Of a stretch of 42,545 nucleotides of DNA, positions 1-9,215 are shown in pieces. This DNA is from Nanohaloarchaea archaeon B1-Br10_U2g21 (lineage in GTDB: Archaea; Nanohalarchaeota; Nanosalinia; Nanosalinales; Nanosalinaceae): assembly GCA_001563915.1 (NCBI GenBank), contig LKMP01000007.1, positions 1-42,545 of the forward strand, in the 5' to 3' direction. The position numbers and the translations under genes were made by a program. The notes under the pieces were generated by a model, which did no database searches, had not been told where the DNA came from, and was given only the letters and a program-made list of their open reading frames with translations. Numbering within the stretch: the stretch's first letter is position 1; each line of letters starts with the position of its first letter.

Positions 1-81
1 GGAATAACCTAGCCAGGTCTCTGAGTATTCAAAGTTAGTCTGGCGTCCGAAGAGTTCAACAGTCATCTCTTGTTGACTCAT
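1..81 (-). CDS. DoxX-family membrane protein, N-terminal part (runs off the window edge)
   Basis: Manual translation from ATG at 81 gives MSQQEMTVELFGRQTNFEYSETWLGYS, resembling the ELFGR..F.YSE.W.GYS N-terminus of haloarchaeal DoxX proteins; not in the ORF track. Confidence 0.6.
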   Translation of the reverse strand, partial: MSQQEMTVELFGRQTNFEYSETWLGYS

Positions 82-106
82 TGACTAAAATTTGGTTTCT
101 TGGTGT

Positions 107-586
107 TTAAGTCTTTCTAGTATATTCCTCGAACACTAATTCTCCTTTATTCTCTTTTTTCTTCAATTCCCATTCTTTGCTATTCCAGTCAGGGAAAAAA
201 CTGTCGGCTCCATGATTTCCAGGAATACGAGTTAGAACCATTTTATCTGCGCTAGGTAGTGTTTGTCGATAAACAGTTTCCCCTCCCGCTATGAATATTT
301 TGTCTTCACTTTTGGAAGCAGTTCGCCAGACTTCGTCAACACTGTTCGCTATCTTCACACTCTCATGGAATTCTGGATTAGAACGCGTTAGAACTATATT
401 AGTCCTGTCAGGAAGAGGACGGTATTTTTTAGGTAAGGATTCGTAAGTCTTCCTCCCCATTAAAACAGCGTTTCCGATTGTCTTTTCTTTAAAATGCTTC
501 AAATCTTCAGGATAATGCCAAGGCAATTTACCTTCTAAGCCTATGCCATTTTCTTCATCCATTGCGGTGATAATTATTTTTTTCAT
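107..586 (-). CDS. folA: Dihydrofolate reductase
   Basis: IG.EGKLPWHYPEDLKHFK, MGRKTYESL, RPLPDR.NIVLTR, IAGGETVY, DSFFP motifs. Confidence 0.97.
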   Translation of the reverse strand: MKKIIITAMDEENGIGLEGKLPWHYPEDLKHFKEKTIGNAVLMGRKTYESLPKKYRPLPDRTNIVLTRSNPEFHESVKIANSVDEVWRTASKSEDKIFIAGGETVYRQTLPSADKMVLTRIPGNHGADSFFPDWNSKEWELKKKENKGELVFEEYTRKT

Positions 587-999
587 GCTCTCTTCTTGTA
601 CTCTGATATATGTCTGGAAATTTTTTCATCGTTTTTTATACCTAGCTGGTTCCTGAAGAATGAGTAAAGCCTTCCAATATTGGGGTTCTCAAGACTTTCT
701 AATGCCATTCCAACGGAATCTTCTCTAGTTTTTTCTCCATTAGGTTCATAGAACTCTGGCTCTATCACGTACTTATCCCCTTCAAAATGGGTGTAAACAC
801 ATTCCCAAGAAGCAGGATTATTGCCGGTCTTTAGAATAGTTTCTATATCAGCAAAACGCAGAATTTTCCCGATTTCACTGGCGGAAAGGTCATCACTGAG
901 CTCGGCAATATCGGAACTAGTGAATGAACTAGATTTTTCATTTACGTATCTTTCAATTAAAGGTCTTAATTCTTCTTGATATCTCAGTTCCCAGCTCAT
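583..999 (-). CDS. Hypothetical protein, possible HTH-like N-terminus, translationally coupled between thyA and folA
   Basis: 138-aa ORF with 4-bp ATGA overlaps on both sides; FTSSDIAELSDDLSASEIGKIL looks helix-turn-helix-like. Confidence 0.7.
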   Translation of the reverse strand: MSWELRYQEELRPLIERYVNEKSSSFTSSDIAELSDDLSASEIGKILRFADIETILKTGNNPASWECVYTHFEGDKYVIEPEFYEPNGEKTREDSVGMALESLENPNIGRLYSFFRNQLGIKNDEKISRHISEYKKRA

Positions 1000-2084
1000 T
1001 CTGCCACCGCAAACTTAAGACCGGGATAAGGAGTATAACCTTTCAAATTGAAGTCCTCAAATTCTAAATCTTCTAGAGGTTTGTCGCTGATTTCTATTTT
1101 AGGCCTTTCTTTCGGAGTTCGAGAGAGTTGTTCCAACAAGCCCGGAATATGGTCATATGCTTTCTTCTGCTCTGGAGCCTCTTTTTCAATCCAGGTCTTA
1201 ATATCTAGATAGTCTTCGTTTTTTTCCGCATTCTGAATTTTAGCTTGTAGTTCTTCCAAATTTTCTTCGTACCATTCTCCTCTCTCATTTTTTCCGCAGT
1301 ATAGGTGTGCGTCTACTAAAGTGTGGGAGAATTCTCCGATTTCGAGGCCTGTTCTTTGTGCTATGATTTTAGTAAGCATGGCATAGGCTGCGATATTGAA
1401 AGGTACTCCGAGAGCAATATCTGCGCTTCTTTGAGTTAAGTGTGTGTTTAACTTACCGTTCTGTACATTAAAGACGAATGTGAAGTGGCATGGAGGAAGT
1501 TTTGATACTGCTGCGTTTGCAGGGTGCCAGGCGTTAATTATTATTCTGCGTGAATTGCTACTTCGGTAAGGATGTTTGTTTTTTAGTGTGTCAATTGCGT
1601 ACTGTAGTTGGTCGAATACTTTTCTTCCGTCTTCTTCCTTGTTAATCCATCTCTTTATTCCTTTTTGGATCTCTTCCTCGCTCTTCTGGTATTGTTCTGA
1701 GGCTTGTTCAATCCATTCCTCGGTGTTTGTCGGCCACCACTCTCCTGTCAGCGCAGCTTCATTGTTGGGTATAGGATAACGTCTCCAAAACCTACCGTAT
1801 GCAGTGGGTAAGTTACCATCATCGTCTGCCCAAGCATTCCAAATCTTTGTATGCTCCTGTAGATTCCGTATATGTTCTTCTCCTGAAAAATACCATATCA
1901 GCTCATGAATCAGAGAGTTCCATCTAAAACCTGACATATCTTTAGTCGTCAAAAGAGGAAATCCTTTTGCTAAATCAATTTTATAGGTCTGAGAAAAAGT
2001 AGAAACTGTATCTACTCCTGTTCTGTTAGGTTTGTAATTTCCATTTTTAAGCACATCTTTAACGAGTTTTTGGTAATGTTCCAA
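996..2084 (-). CDS. thyA: Thymidylate synthase (long haloarchaeal-type form with insertions)
   Basis: NRTG, FPLLTTK, SRRII, catalytic LPPCH, QRSAD..LGVPFN, DAHLY; TTG start. Confidence 0.97.
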   Translation of the reverse strand: MEHYQKLVKDVLKNGNYKPNRTGVDTVSTFSQTYKIDLAKGFPLLTTKDMSGFRWNSLIHELIWYFSGEEHIRNLQEHTKIWNAWADDDGNLPTAYGRFWRRYPIPNNEAALTGEWWPTNTEEWIEQASEQYQKSEEEIQKGIKRWINKEEDGRKVFDQLQYAIDTLKNKHPYRSSNSRRIIINAWHPANAAVSKLPPCHFTFVFNVQNGKLNTHLTQRSADIALGVPFNIAAYAMLTKIIAQRTGLEIGEFSHTLVDAHLYCGKNERGEWYEENLEELQAKIQNAEKNEDYLDIKTWIEKEAPEQKKAYDHIPGLLEQLSRTPKERPKIEISDKPLEDLEFEDFNLKGYTPYPGLKFAVAE

Positions 2085-2153
2085 GAATTAGTTACCCCTC
2101 CTAAAACCTTAATTTTCAGGCACGATTTTATATTTTGAGATATATACATTTCC

Positions 2154-2399
2154 GTGGAACAAGAACACTACTTTACCTCAGTTAATGAGGATTGGAGAGG
2201 TAACTATACTTTTGATCAAGCCATAGTGCTTGAAGATGAAGAAAAGAAAGCATCTTTCTTTATGTCAAGACCCTACTCATCGCTTTATGAGTTCGAAAGA
2301 GGTCTAGCAACTTTAGTTACTGATGCTCATATGAACCATCTTCTTGAAAGAGATGAGTTTGATGAAAGAGATCTGAACTTTGAACAGATATATCGTTAA
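2154..2399 (+). CDS. Small acidic hypothetical protein
   Basis: 81-aa ORF filling the thyA-glyA gap with host-like acidic composition. Confidence 0.6.
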   Translation: MEQEHYFTSVNEDWRGNYTFDQAIVLEDEEKKASFFMSRPYSSLYEFERGLATLVTDAHMNHLLERDEFDERDLNFEQIYR

Positions 2400-2411
2400 A
2401 AACACGATTTT

Positions 2412-3671
2412 TCAATACTCGACTTCTGAACCTTCATAAAGGGGAAATTCATCCATTAGTATTTCCACTCTCTTCTTTGCATCCTGTATAACGTCTTTTT
2501 CAGGATTCTTAATTATGTCTGCAATCATTTTGCCTATTTCTCTCATTTCTTTGGCTTTCATTCCTCTAGTAGTGAGGGCGGGAGTTCCTATTCGTATTCC
2601 AGAAGTAGTCATAGGGCTTTCAGGGTCGTAAGGAACCATGTTTTTATTTACAATTATATTGGCGTCCTCAAGCGCAGATTCAGCGAGTTTACCTGTTATA
2701 TCCTCTTCTCTTAAGTCTATAAGCACTAAATGATTATCAGTTCCATTTGATACGAGTTTTAAACTGTTTTCTTGAAGTGAATCTGCCAGAGCTCCTGTAT
2801 TTTTAATTATTTGAGAAGTATAATCTTTAAACTCTGGTTTAGATGCCTCATTGAAGCATACTGCTTTCGCCGCCACCTGGTGCATTAGCGGCCCTCCTTG
2901 ACTGTAAGGAAACACTGCTTTATCAACAGACTTTGAGTACTCGTCCTTACATAAAATCATTCCTCCGCGAGGCCCGCGAATAGACTTGTGAGTCGTTGTA
3001 GTAACTATATCACACTCAGGAAATGGATTTTCATGAGCTCCTGTTGCTACAAGACCTGAAATATGAGCAATATCCGCCATTAAAATTGCGTCTACTTCGT
3101 CAGCCGCCTCTCTGAACATTTCAAAATCGACTTCTCGTGGATAAGCAGAGTAACCGCATACTATTAGATCAGGATCATGTTTTTTCGCTGCCTTTAGAAC
3201 ATCATTGTACTCAAATCTCTCAGTCTCTTTATTGATGGCGTATGTTTCAAAGTCAAAAAGATCTCCTGAAAAATTTACGTGGTGACCGTGAGAGAGATGA
3301 CCGCCATGACTCAGCACAGGACCCAGAATTTTGTCACCTGCTTCTAAAACTGCAAAGTACGCTGCAAAGTTGGCTGTTGTTCCTGAATGAGGCTGGACAT
3401 TAGCGTGTTCGGCATTGAACAATTCACAGGCTCGTTCTCTCGCTAAATCTTCTGCACTATCATGATGTTCGCAGCCTGCATAATATCTCTTACCAGGATA
3501 TCCCTCTGCATACTTATTCGTCATCACAGATCCTTGAGCTTGGAGTATTTGTAAGGGTACAAAATTTTCGGAAGCAATCATTTCAAGCCCTTCATTTTCC
3601 TGTCTTGAGGCCTCTTTCTTGAGTATTTTGTATAATTCTGGGTCTGCTTCAGAAAGACTGTGATGCTGCAT
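2412..3671 (-). CDS. glyA: Serine hydroxymethyltransferase (bacterial/haloarchaeal THF type)
   Basis: [29 protein letters not shown]-lysine motif [28 protein letters not shown]. Confidence 0.98.
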   Translation of the reverse strand: MQHHSLSEADPELYKILKKEASRQENEGLEMIASENFVPLQILQAQGSVMTNKYAEGYPGKRYYAGCEHHDSAEDLARERACELFNAEHANVQPHSGTTANFAAYFAVLEAGDKILGPVLSHGGHLSHGHHVNFSGDLFDFETYAINKETERFEYNDVLKAAKKHDPDLIVCGYSAYPREVDFEMFREAADEVDAILMADIAHISGLVATGAHENPFPECDIVTTTTHKSIRGPRGGMILCKDEYSKSVDKAVFPYSQGGPLMHQVAAKAVCFNEASKPEFKDYTSQIIKNTGALADSLQENSLKLVSNGTDNHLVLIDLREEDITGKLAESALEDANIIVNKNMVPYDPESPMTTSGIRIGTPALTTRGMKAKEMREIGKMIADIIKNPEKDVIQDAKKRVEILMDEFPLYEGSEVEY

Positions 3672-3726
3672 ATATCTTACTTTAGTTACGAAGAGTTATG
3701 ATTTTTACCTTTTGACTCCTAGAAAT

Positions 3727-4152
3727 TTAGGCCTGGTTAACTATTTCTTGCATTTCAGGTCTCAAGACACTTTTATCAACTTTTACAGGCTTGCCCTCCC
3801 AGGATGACGAGGACTCTTTAAATTCTTCATCAAGTTTAGCTTTGTAAAAGAAATTTATTCCTGTTATTCTATTGAACTTCGTTTTAATACATATTAGTTC
3901 TTCTATAACTGCATCTAGTCCTGTTTCCTCTTTAAACTCTCTTTTGGCCGCTTCCTTAGGATGTTCTTTAGCGTTTATTATTCCGCCAGGAAAGTTGTAT
4001 TTCCCGCCGAGATCAAGAACCACAATTTGATCATCATGAAGACATACAATATTTGCTCCTGAGGGGGGATAGAATGCTTTTGCAAGTATGGGCGACATGA
4101 ATCTTTCGGTTGCTGTAACTATTTTTCTAAGATGGTATGGCATAGAAAACAA
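3727..4152 (-). CDS. NUDIX hydrolase
   Basis: Nudix box GGIINAKEHPKEAAKREFKEETGL. Confidence 0.9.
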   Translation of the reverse strand: MFSMPYHLRKIVTATERFMSPILAKAFYPPSGANIVCLHDDQIVVLDLGGKYNFPGGIINAKEHPKEAAKREFKEETGLDAVIEELICIKTKFNRITGINFFYKAKLDEEFKESSSSWEGKPVKVDKSVLRPEMQEIVNQA

Positions 4153-4226
4153 TTTCTGCAGCTAAAAGTTAACTATTACTGAATACACACAATTGCGTTA
4201 AATAAATTCAATTCTTTAGGCTATTT

Positions 4227-4832
4227 GTGAAGGATTACTCGGGAACATTTATTGTTGTGGAAGGAGGAGATGGTGCAGGAACTACTACTCAATCAAAGAA
4301 ACTAGCTAAAGCGCTAGATGCTTACTGGACTGCTGAACATGGTGCTAGAAGAGATACCGGGGGTTTAGTTGGAAGAAAGGTTGAGGAGATGATTTCATCA
4401 GATAATTATTCTCCAGAAGCGGTGGCTCTGGGATTTGCAGCTGACAGAATGATTCATTTGGAAGAAGACGTTATTCCAAGACTTGAAAAAGGAGATATAG
4501 TTGTTTCTGACCGTTATATGTATTCTTCAATCGTTTATCAAACAGTGATGGGGGCTAAACAAGAATGGGTTGAAACAATTAATCGATATGCTTTGAAACC
4601 TGATTTGACAATAATTCTTGATGTTGAAGCAGACATAGCGATGGACCGAGTTGATTCTAGAGGCGCAGATGGGAATATATTCGAAGATCTAAGCTTTCAA
4701 GAAAAAGTAGTGCTGAAATACAGACAAGCAGCTGAAAAAAACGCAAATTGCATAAAAATAGATAGTTCAAGGCCTATAGAGAAGGTTTTCTCTGATATAA
4801 TGTCTGAAATAGATTCAAGGCTATCCTTTTAA
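4227..4832 (+). CDS. tmk: Thymidylate kinase
   Basis: FIVVEGGDGAGTTTQ P-loop (the usual K is T), FAADR, VSDRY..SS.VYQ, PDLTIILDV. Confidence 0.93.
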   Translation: MKDYSGTFIVVEGGDGAGTTTQSKKLAKALDAYWTAEHGARRDTGGLVGRKVEEMISSDNYSPEAVALGFAADRMIHLEEDVIPRLEKGDIVVSDRYMYSSIVYQTVMGAKQEWVETINRYALKPDLTIILDVEADIAMDRVDSRGADGNIFEDLSFQEKVVLKYRQAAEKNANCIKIDSSRPIEKVFSDIMSEIDSRLSF

Positions 4833-4864
4833 ACTCGATCCATAATTAAGTATTAGTATAGAGT

Positions 4865-5434
4865 ATGAACGATAAAGGCCTCAAGGAAACTAATTCAGGA
4901 GTCAAAAAGAAAGGCGACATAGAGGAAATAGCAGGATTTGCTAGAGAGGTGGAAGATGCTCTAGAAAAAGAAGATGTCAGCGAGGAATCTATCAAAAAAT
5001 TTGATGATTGGAGGCCTAGAGAAGATGATTCTGTTAATGAGATAGAACGGAAAACTGTGAAGGCGGCTTCAATAACTGAGAAAAGTATTGAAAAAGAAAC
5101 TAATGGTCTAAAAAAGGATATGGGTAAGGCAGGCTTTGAAGCAGTAGCTGCTAGCAAAAAAGTAGTAAAGAAGCAGAGTCCGGAACCAGAACTTAAAGAA
5201 GCTTCAAAAAGCTTTTTCAGACCTATATTTGCTGGATCAATTAAATCGGCTCGAGTATTAGAGGAAAAAATTTATTCAAAGGTTATGACTAAATTTAATC
5301 CATATTTCTTTGATACGGCCGAGTTTTCAGCTGATTTAAGATGTGAAAAAGACGGTAGCTATTCAATGGACGTTAATGTTCCTGATGAAAAGCAGAGAAA
5401 CACTTTGAAGGGTCAGTTTTCAGGTAACAATTAA
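4865..5434 (+). CDS. Conserved halophile protein (DUF5828-like)
   Basis: FDDWRP, KT..ASI.E, EEKIY.KVMT..NPYFFD resemble the haloarchaeal DUF5828 family; coupled to the PiT gene. Confidence 0.65.
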   Translation: MNDKGLKETNSGVKKKGDIEEIAGFAREVEDALEKEDVSEESIKKFDDWRPREDDSVNEIERKTVKAASITEKSIEKETNGLKKDMGKAGFEAVAASKKVVKKQSPEPELKEASKSFFRPIFAGSIKSARVLEEKIYSKVMTKFNPYFFDTAEFSADLRCEKDGSYSMDVNVPDEKQRNTLKGQFSGNN

Positions 5435-6372
5435 TGGAAATTATATTTGCCTTGACTTTTATTGCGGCAGCATTTATGGGGATTTCTATAGGAGCTTCAA
5501 GCATTGCAGCGACTTTTGGACCGGTAAGCTCTTCAGGAGCTATGAATGTTCTTAGAGCTGCGCTTATAGCAGGAATATTTGCGTTCTTTGGATCTGTTCT
5601 TCAAGGCCATAATGTTGCGGATACTATTGGTTCAGGTCTGTTAAATACGGAGATACAGGTGGCTCAGGCGGCTGCTATATTATTTGTAGCAGGTATTTTA
5701 GTTCTTGTAAGTGTTTTGACCGATTATCCGATGCCTACAGCATTTACTACTGTTGGAGCTGTAGTAGGTAGTGCTTATGGGTTTGGAGGCTCGGTAAATT
5801 GGACTGGTTTGAGCGAAGTGGTTCTTTACTGGTTAGCGGTCCCTATATTTTCTCTAGGTTTGGCATATGTTATTGCAATTATATTGCAAAAATACATTTC
5901 TAAAGATGCTAAAAGACCTATAAGATATCTTTTACTTATTTCGGCATCATACATGGCTTATACTACAGGGGCGGGATCTGTAGGTTTGGTTTCAGGGCCT
6001 ATGAGTGCTTTAGGCTACTCTCAAACGATTTTATTATGGTTTGGGGGTATTTTAATTTTGATAGGCACTTGGATGTACTCTCCAAGAATAATAAAAGCTG
6101 TATCATATGATTATTCTAATATAGGACCTAGACGTTCGATTGCAGCTTTAGGAGCTGGTGCGATAATGTCTCAAGTAGGAGTAGTTTTAGGTGCGCCAGT
6201 ATCTGCTAATCTAGCAATAATTGCTGCTGTCGTAGGTAGTGGGCTAGTTGAAGGTAAAACAAATAGAGACATGCATAAAATAAGCTTCACTGTCTTTGCA
6301 TGGGTTTCTGCATTCTTCGTGGCTATAATATTGACAGCGATATTTGGAATGCTTTATAACGTTCTTATTTGA
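5434..6372 (+). CDS. PiT-family inorganic phosphate/anion transporter
   Basis: Multi-TM protein with repeated PHO4-like motifs (IGASSIAATFG, G.NVADTIG, P.PTAFTTVGAVVG, GAPVSAN..IAAVVG.G). Confidence 0.88.
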   Translation: MEIIFALTFIAAAFMGISIGASSIAATFGPVSSSGAMNVLRAALIAGIFAFFGSVLQGHNVADTIGSGLLNTEIQVAQAAAILFVAGILVLVSVLTDYPMPTAFTTVGAVVGSAYGFGGSVNWTGLSEVVLYWLAVPIFSLGLAYVIAIILQKYISKDAKRPIRYLLLISASYMAYTTGAGSVGLVSGPMSALGYSQTILLWFGGILILIGTWMYSPRIIKAVSYDYSNIGPRRSIAALGAGAIMSQVGVVLGAPVSANLAIIAAVVGSGLVEGKTNRDMHKISFTVFAWVSAFFVAIILTAIFGMLYNVLI

Positions 6373-6418
6373 AGAGTCTGAAAAAATTAATAGGAAAAAT
6401 GCAAAAATGCTGGATAAA

Positions 6419-6910
6419 TTATTCTAAAGTTTCATCAAATTTATCCACATGGGTTTTGAGTTTTCCAAGCAGTTCTTCCGTTTTGTAAAGAGAATTTTGC
6501 AGATTTTCTTTATCTCGCTCTAATTTACGAGTTTTTGTCTCTAATCGCTCTTTTTCCTCTGAAAGATGATCTTTACTTTCCTTCAGATTCTCAAGCTCCT
6601 TTTGCTGTTCTTCAATCTGATTTCTTTTCTCGTCTAGACTGCTTTCCAAACTATTTTTTGTATCTTGAAGGCTATTTACAGTTTCTTCAAGATCTTCATT
6701 TTCTTCCCTGAGTTGTTCGAGCATTGATTTTAGTTTTTCCTTTTGATCTTTGATATCTGCTGCTTTCTCAGTTTCATCTTCTATATGATCTATTAACTCT
6801 TCTAGCTCATACATTCTTTGTTCAGGATGTATTTGGCCTTCGTGGATGTGGAGGCCTGCTTCAGTATCAAATTCTTCGCCGCAAACTGTGCATTCATGTA
6901 CGTCTGACAT
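6419..6910 (-). CDS. C2H2 zinc finger plus long coiled-coil protein
   Basis: CTVC.EEF....GLHIHEGQIH followed by about 125 aa of heptad repeats. Confidence 0.8.
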   Translation of the reverse strand: MSDVHECTVCGEEFDTEAGLHIHEGQIHPEQRMYELEELIDHIEDETEKAADIKDQKEKLKSMLEQLREENEDLEETVNSLQDTKNSLESSLDEKRNQIEEQQKELENLKESKDHLSEEKERLETKTRKLERDKENLQNSLYKTEELLGKLKTHVDKFDETLE

Positions 6911-6919
6911 TTTATCACT

Positions 6920-7249
6920 CTATATAATGTTTCTTTGTTTAAGCTCGGTTTTAAACTCTTCTACTTCATTTGTAAGTTTGACTACGCTACTCAACTGATT
7001 TTCTATTTCATTTAGCGATCGGTCAGGGTTTTCTTCAGCATTCTCTGCAATATGAGCCACGAGATTGTTAATTTCTTCTTGATTAGAGGCTTCAAACTCA
7101 TTTATAGAGAATACTATGCAGTTAAACTGCTTAACAATAATTGAAAGCATCCTGTTAACTTTCTCAAGTTGATCTTTTTGATCTACTAGTTCTTCAAGTT
7201 TATCAATATCTTCTTCGAGCTTCTCAAGTATGTCGCTCTTGTGGTTCAT
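6920..7249 (-). CDS. Hypothetical coiled-coil protein
   Basis: 109-aa acidic helical ORF, co-oriented and 9 bp upstream of the zinc-finger gene. Confidence 0.65.
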   Translation of the reverse strand: MNHKSDILEKLEEDIDKLEELVDQKDQLEKVNRMLSIIVKQFNCIVFSINEFEASNQEEINNLVAHIAENAEENPDRSLNEIENQLSSVVKLTNEVEEFKTELKQRNII

Positions 7250-7306
7250 GTATGAAATGCAGAATTCTGAGAATATAAAATAAAGGAAAAATCATTCTAG
7301 GGTATA

Positions 7307-7379
7307 TGGCAGGGCAGGGATTTGAACCCTGGTCCGTACCGCCCCGGGGTACGATGATAGTCCGCTACACTACCCCGCC
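7307..7379 (-). tRNA. tRNA-Pro(GGG), atypical C33
   Basis: GGCGGGG-TA-GTGTAGCGGACTATCAT-C-GTACC-CCGGGGC-GGTAC-GGAC-CAGGG-TTCAAAT-CCCTG-CCCTGCC-A folds as a full cloverleaf; no encoded CCA, no intron. Confidence 0.9.
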
Positions 7380-7470
7380 GCTTTTGTGAATAAAGAAATC
7401 CTGCCTTATTTTTATTTTAACCGATAAAGACATCGAAATAGTTTTATTCAGGGAAATTCCCAATGGTTGT

Positions 7471-8373
7471 ATGCATAACGTTACTGAAAAAGCCTATGGT
7501 GCGTCAGGCCTACTATTGATTATAATATCATTGTTGAATTCTTTCTTCGGTGTAGGAGAATTAAGACACAGTTACATATTCATGTGTATAGGTCTTTTCC
7601 TATTTTTCGATTCGTTAAACTCGTTTTTAATTGATCAAGAATCTCTGCTTACAAAAAAGATATCTCTACTTGAAATGGGTCTATTTGTAGTGTTCTTTGG
7701 AGCAGTTACAGGGTTTTTCTTAGAGTTTTATGCTGCATATTTAGCAGGGATATGGGAAGGGTTTTTCACTTCAGATATAGAAGGTAGTATACTACTAGGT
7801 CTTGCGAACAGGTTCATAGACATGACTTTAGTCTATGGCGTATTAGTTTTACCAGCTTACAGTATTTTTAGAATTTTGAACAGAGTTTTTGATGCAGAGG
7901 TCATGCTAAGTAAAGAATTTGAGGCATCTGATTATTTCAAATATTTTGTTCACGCGGGAATACTACTTCTTGCTGCTCCGTTCACGCTTCTATTTCTTGA
8001 GTTTGGAGCAACTATAAGGTTTATAATGTTCATATTATCTATACTAGGGCTATTATTAGTCATAGAGTATTTTGAATTCAGAAAAAAAGGCCAGGGTATA
8101 ATAATTAATTTAGTATATGGTAATTTTGATCGTTTCGGAGCAGTAATGATTACTTCAGTTCTCATGGGGTCATTTATGGGAGTACTTAACACAAGATTTG
8201 GTCTCTGGAGTACTGAGGCGGTGCCTTTAAGCGATTATATGCTTTTTGAGACTCCATTGGCTATTTTCTTGGTGTGGACTCTAGTTATTGCTGTAATCTC
8301 GTCAGGATTTAATCTTGTATCTGGGGGAGCTTTAAAAAAGCTTAATCCTGAACAAGTCAGCGAAACTCCTTAA
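7471..8373 (+). CDS. Hypothetical polytopic membrane protein
   Basis: About 8 hydrophobic segments with an apparent internal two-fold repeat. Confidence 0.75.
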   Translation: MHNVTEKAYGASGLLLIIISLLNSFFGVGELRHSYIFMCIGLFLFFDSLNSFLIDQESLLTKKISLLEMGLFVVFFGAVTGFFLEFYAAYLAGIWEGFFTSDIEGSILLGLANRFIDMTLVYGVLVLPAYSIFRILNRVFDAEVMLSKEFEASDYFKYFVHAGILLLAAPFTLLFLEFGATIRFIMFILSILGLLLVIEYFEFRKKGQGIIINLVYGNFDRFGAVMITSVLMGSFMGVLNTRFGLWSTEAVPLSDYMLFETPLAIFLVWTLVIAVISSGFNLVSGGALKKLNPEQVSETP

Positions 8374-8749
8374 TCTCGATCATGTATCCAAAAGGATCCT
8401 TCACGTATAATGCTGGCGCTCTGCCTTTTGAACCGAGTGGGTTACTTTCTCTTAAAATTTCCACGTTTTCGGATTCAAAAAGTGACTTTATTGAAGCAAT
8501 ATTTTCATCTACTATTAGGCAGAAGTGATCATAATTATGGCCTTGGGGTTTGTTAAACTTTTTTACAGGCCTTATATGGATCATAGATGTAGATCCAGCT
8601 CTGAAAGCGAAACTAGTACGGTCGCCATTTCTGTATTTTTCTAGTTTTTCTGGTGAAAATCCTAAGATGCTGTGATAAAATTCTAATGCTTTCTCAACTT
8701 CATTTTCGGGTATCTGGATATTTATGTGGTCTATTCTCTCAACTTTCAT
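8357..8749 (-). CDS. VOC/glyoxalase family protein
   Basis: IDHINI, FYH.ILG, DHFCL, YVKDPFGYMIEI; start moved to ATG 8749 to remove the overlap with the upstream gene. Confidence 0.9.
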   Translation of the reverse strand: MKVERIDHINIQIPENEVEKALEFYHSILGFSPEKLEKYRNGDRTSFAFRAGSTSMIHIRPVKKFNKPQGHNYDHFCLIVDENIASIKSLFESENVEILRESNPLGSKGRAPALYVKDPFGYMIEIKEFR

Positions 8750-8759
8750 AGGGGATAAA

Positions 8760-9191
8760 CTAAGACTGAACTCTATATCGTTTTTCAATCAAGTTTCTAC
8801 TGTTTCTATAGATGTCGCATAAAATGTGTAACCCTAGCATTGAAAATGCTAGTAGGCTAAGATCTTGGTTAAAAGCCGATAAAAAAGCTGGAATTATGGC
8901 TAGAATTATGAAGTGGCTTACATATCGGCTCCAATTAGGGATTAAATTGTCTAAAGCCTGATTATTATTTTTTAATACAGTTTTTGGATTTTTCAGTGCA
9001 AGTTTTAGCTCTTTGAAGTTTTTATCGCGTATAAAGGCAATAACGAAATGATCCAAATCAATCAAAGTTCCGAATCCAATGGCAGCTATCCAGAGAGGTA
9101 CAAAGAATACGGGACTAATAAACCCATAAATCAGATAAATAGCAGGTATGGCTGCTATAGCCGAAATGGTAAAGTGTTCGTAAAACTCCAT
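8760..9191 (-). CDS. Membrane-bound metal-dependent hydrolase (YdjM-like)
   Basis: N-terminal H, LIDLDH, SH and LHILCD motifs in a TM context. Confidence 0.7.
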   Translation of the reverse strand: MEFYEHFTISAIAAIPAIYLIYGFISPVFFVPLWIAAIGFGTLIDLDHFVIAFIRDKNFKELKLALKNPKTVLKNNNQALDNLIPNWSRYVSHFIILAIIPAFLSAFNQDLSLLAFSMLGLHILCDIYRNSRNLIEKRYRVQS

Positions 9192-9215
9192 GATAGGGAT
9201 TTGAACTTTTAGCTT

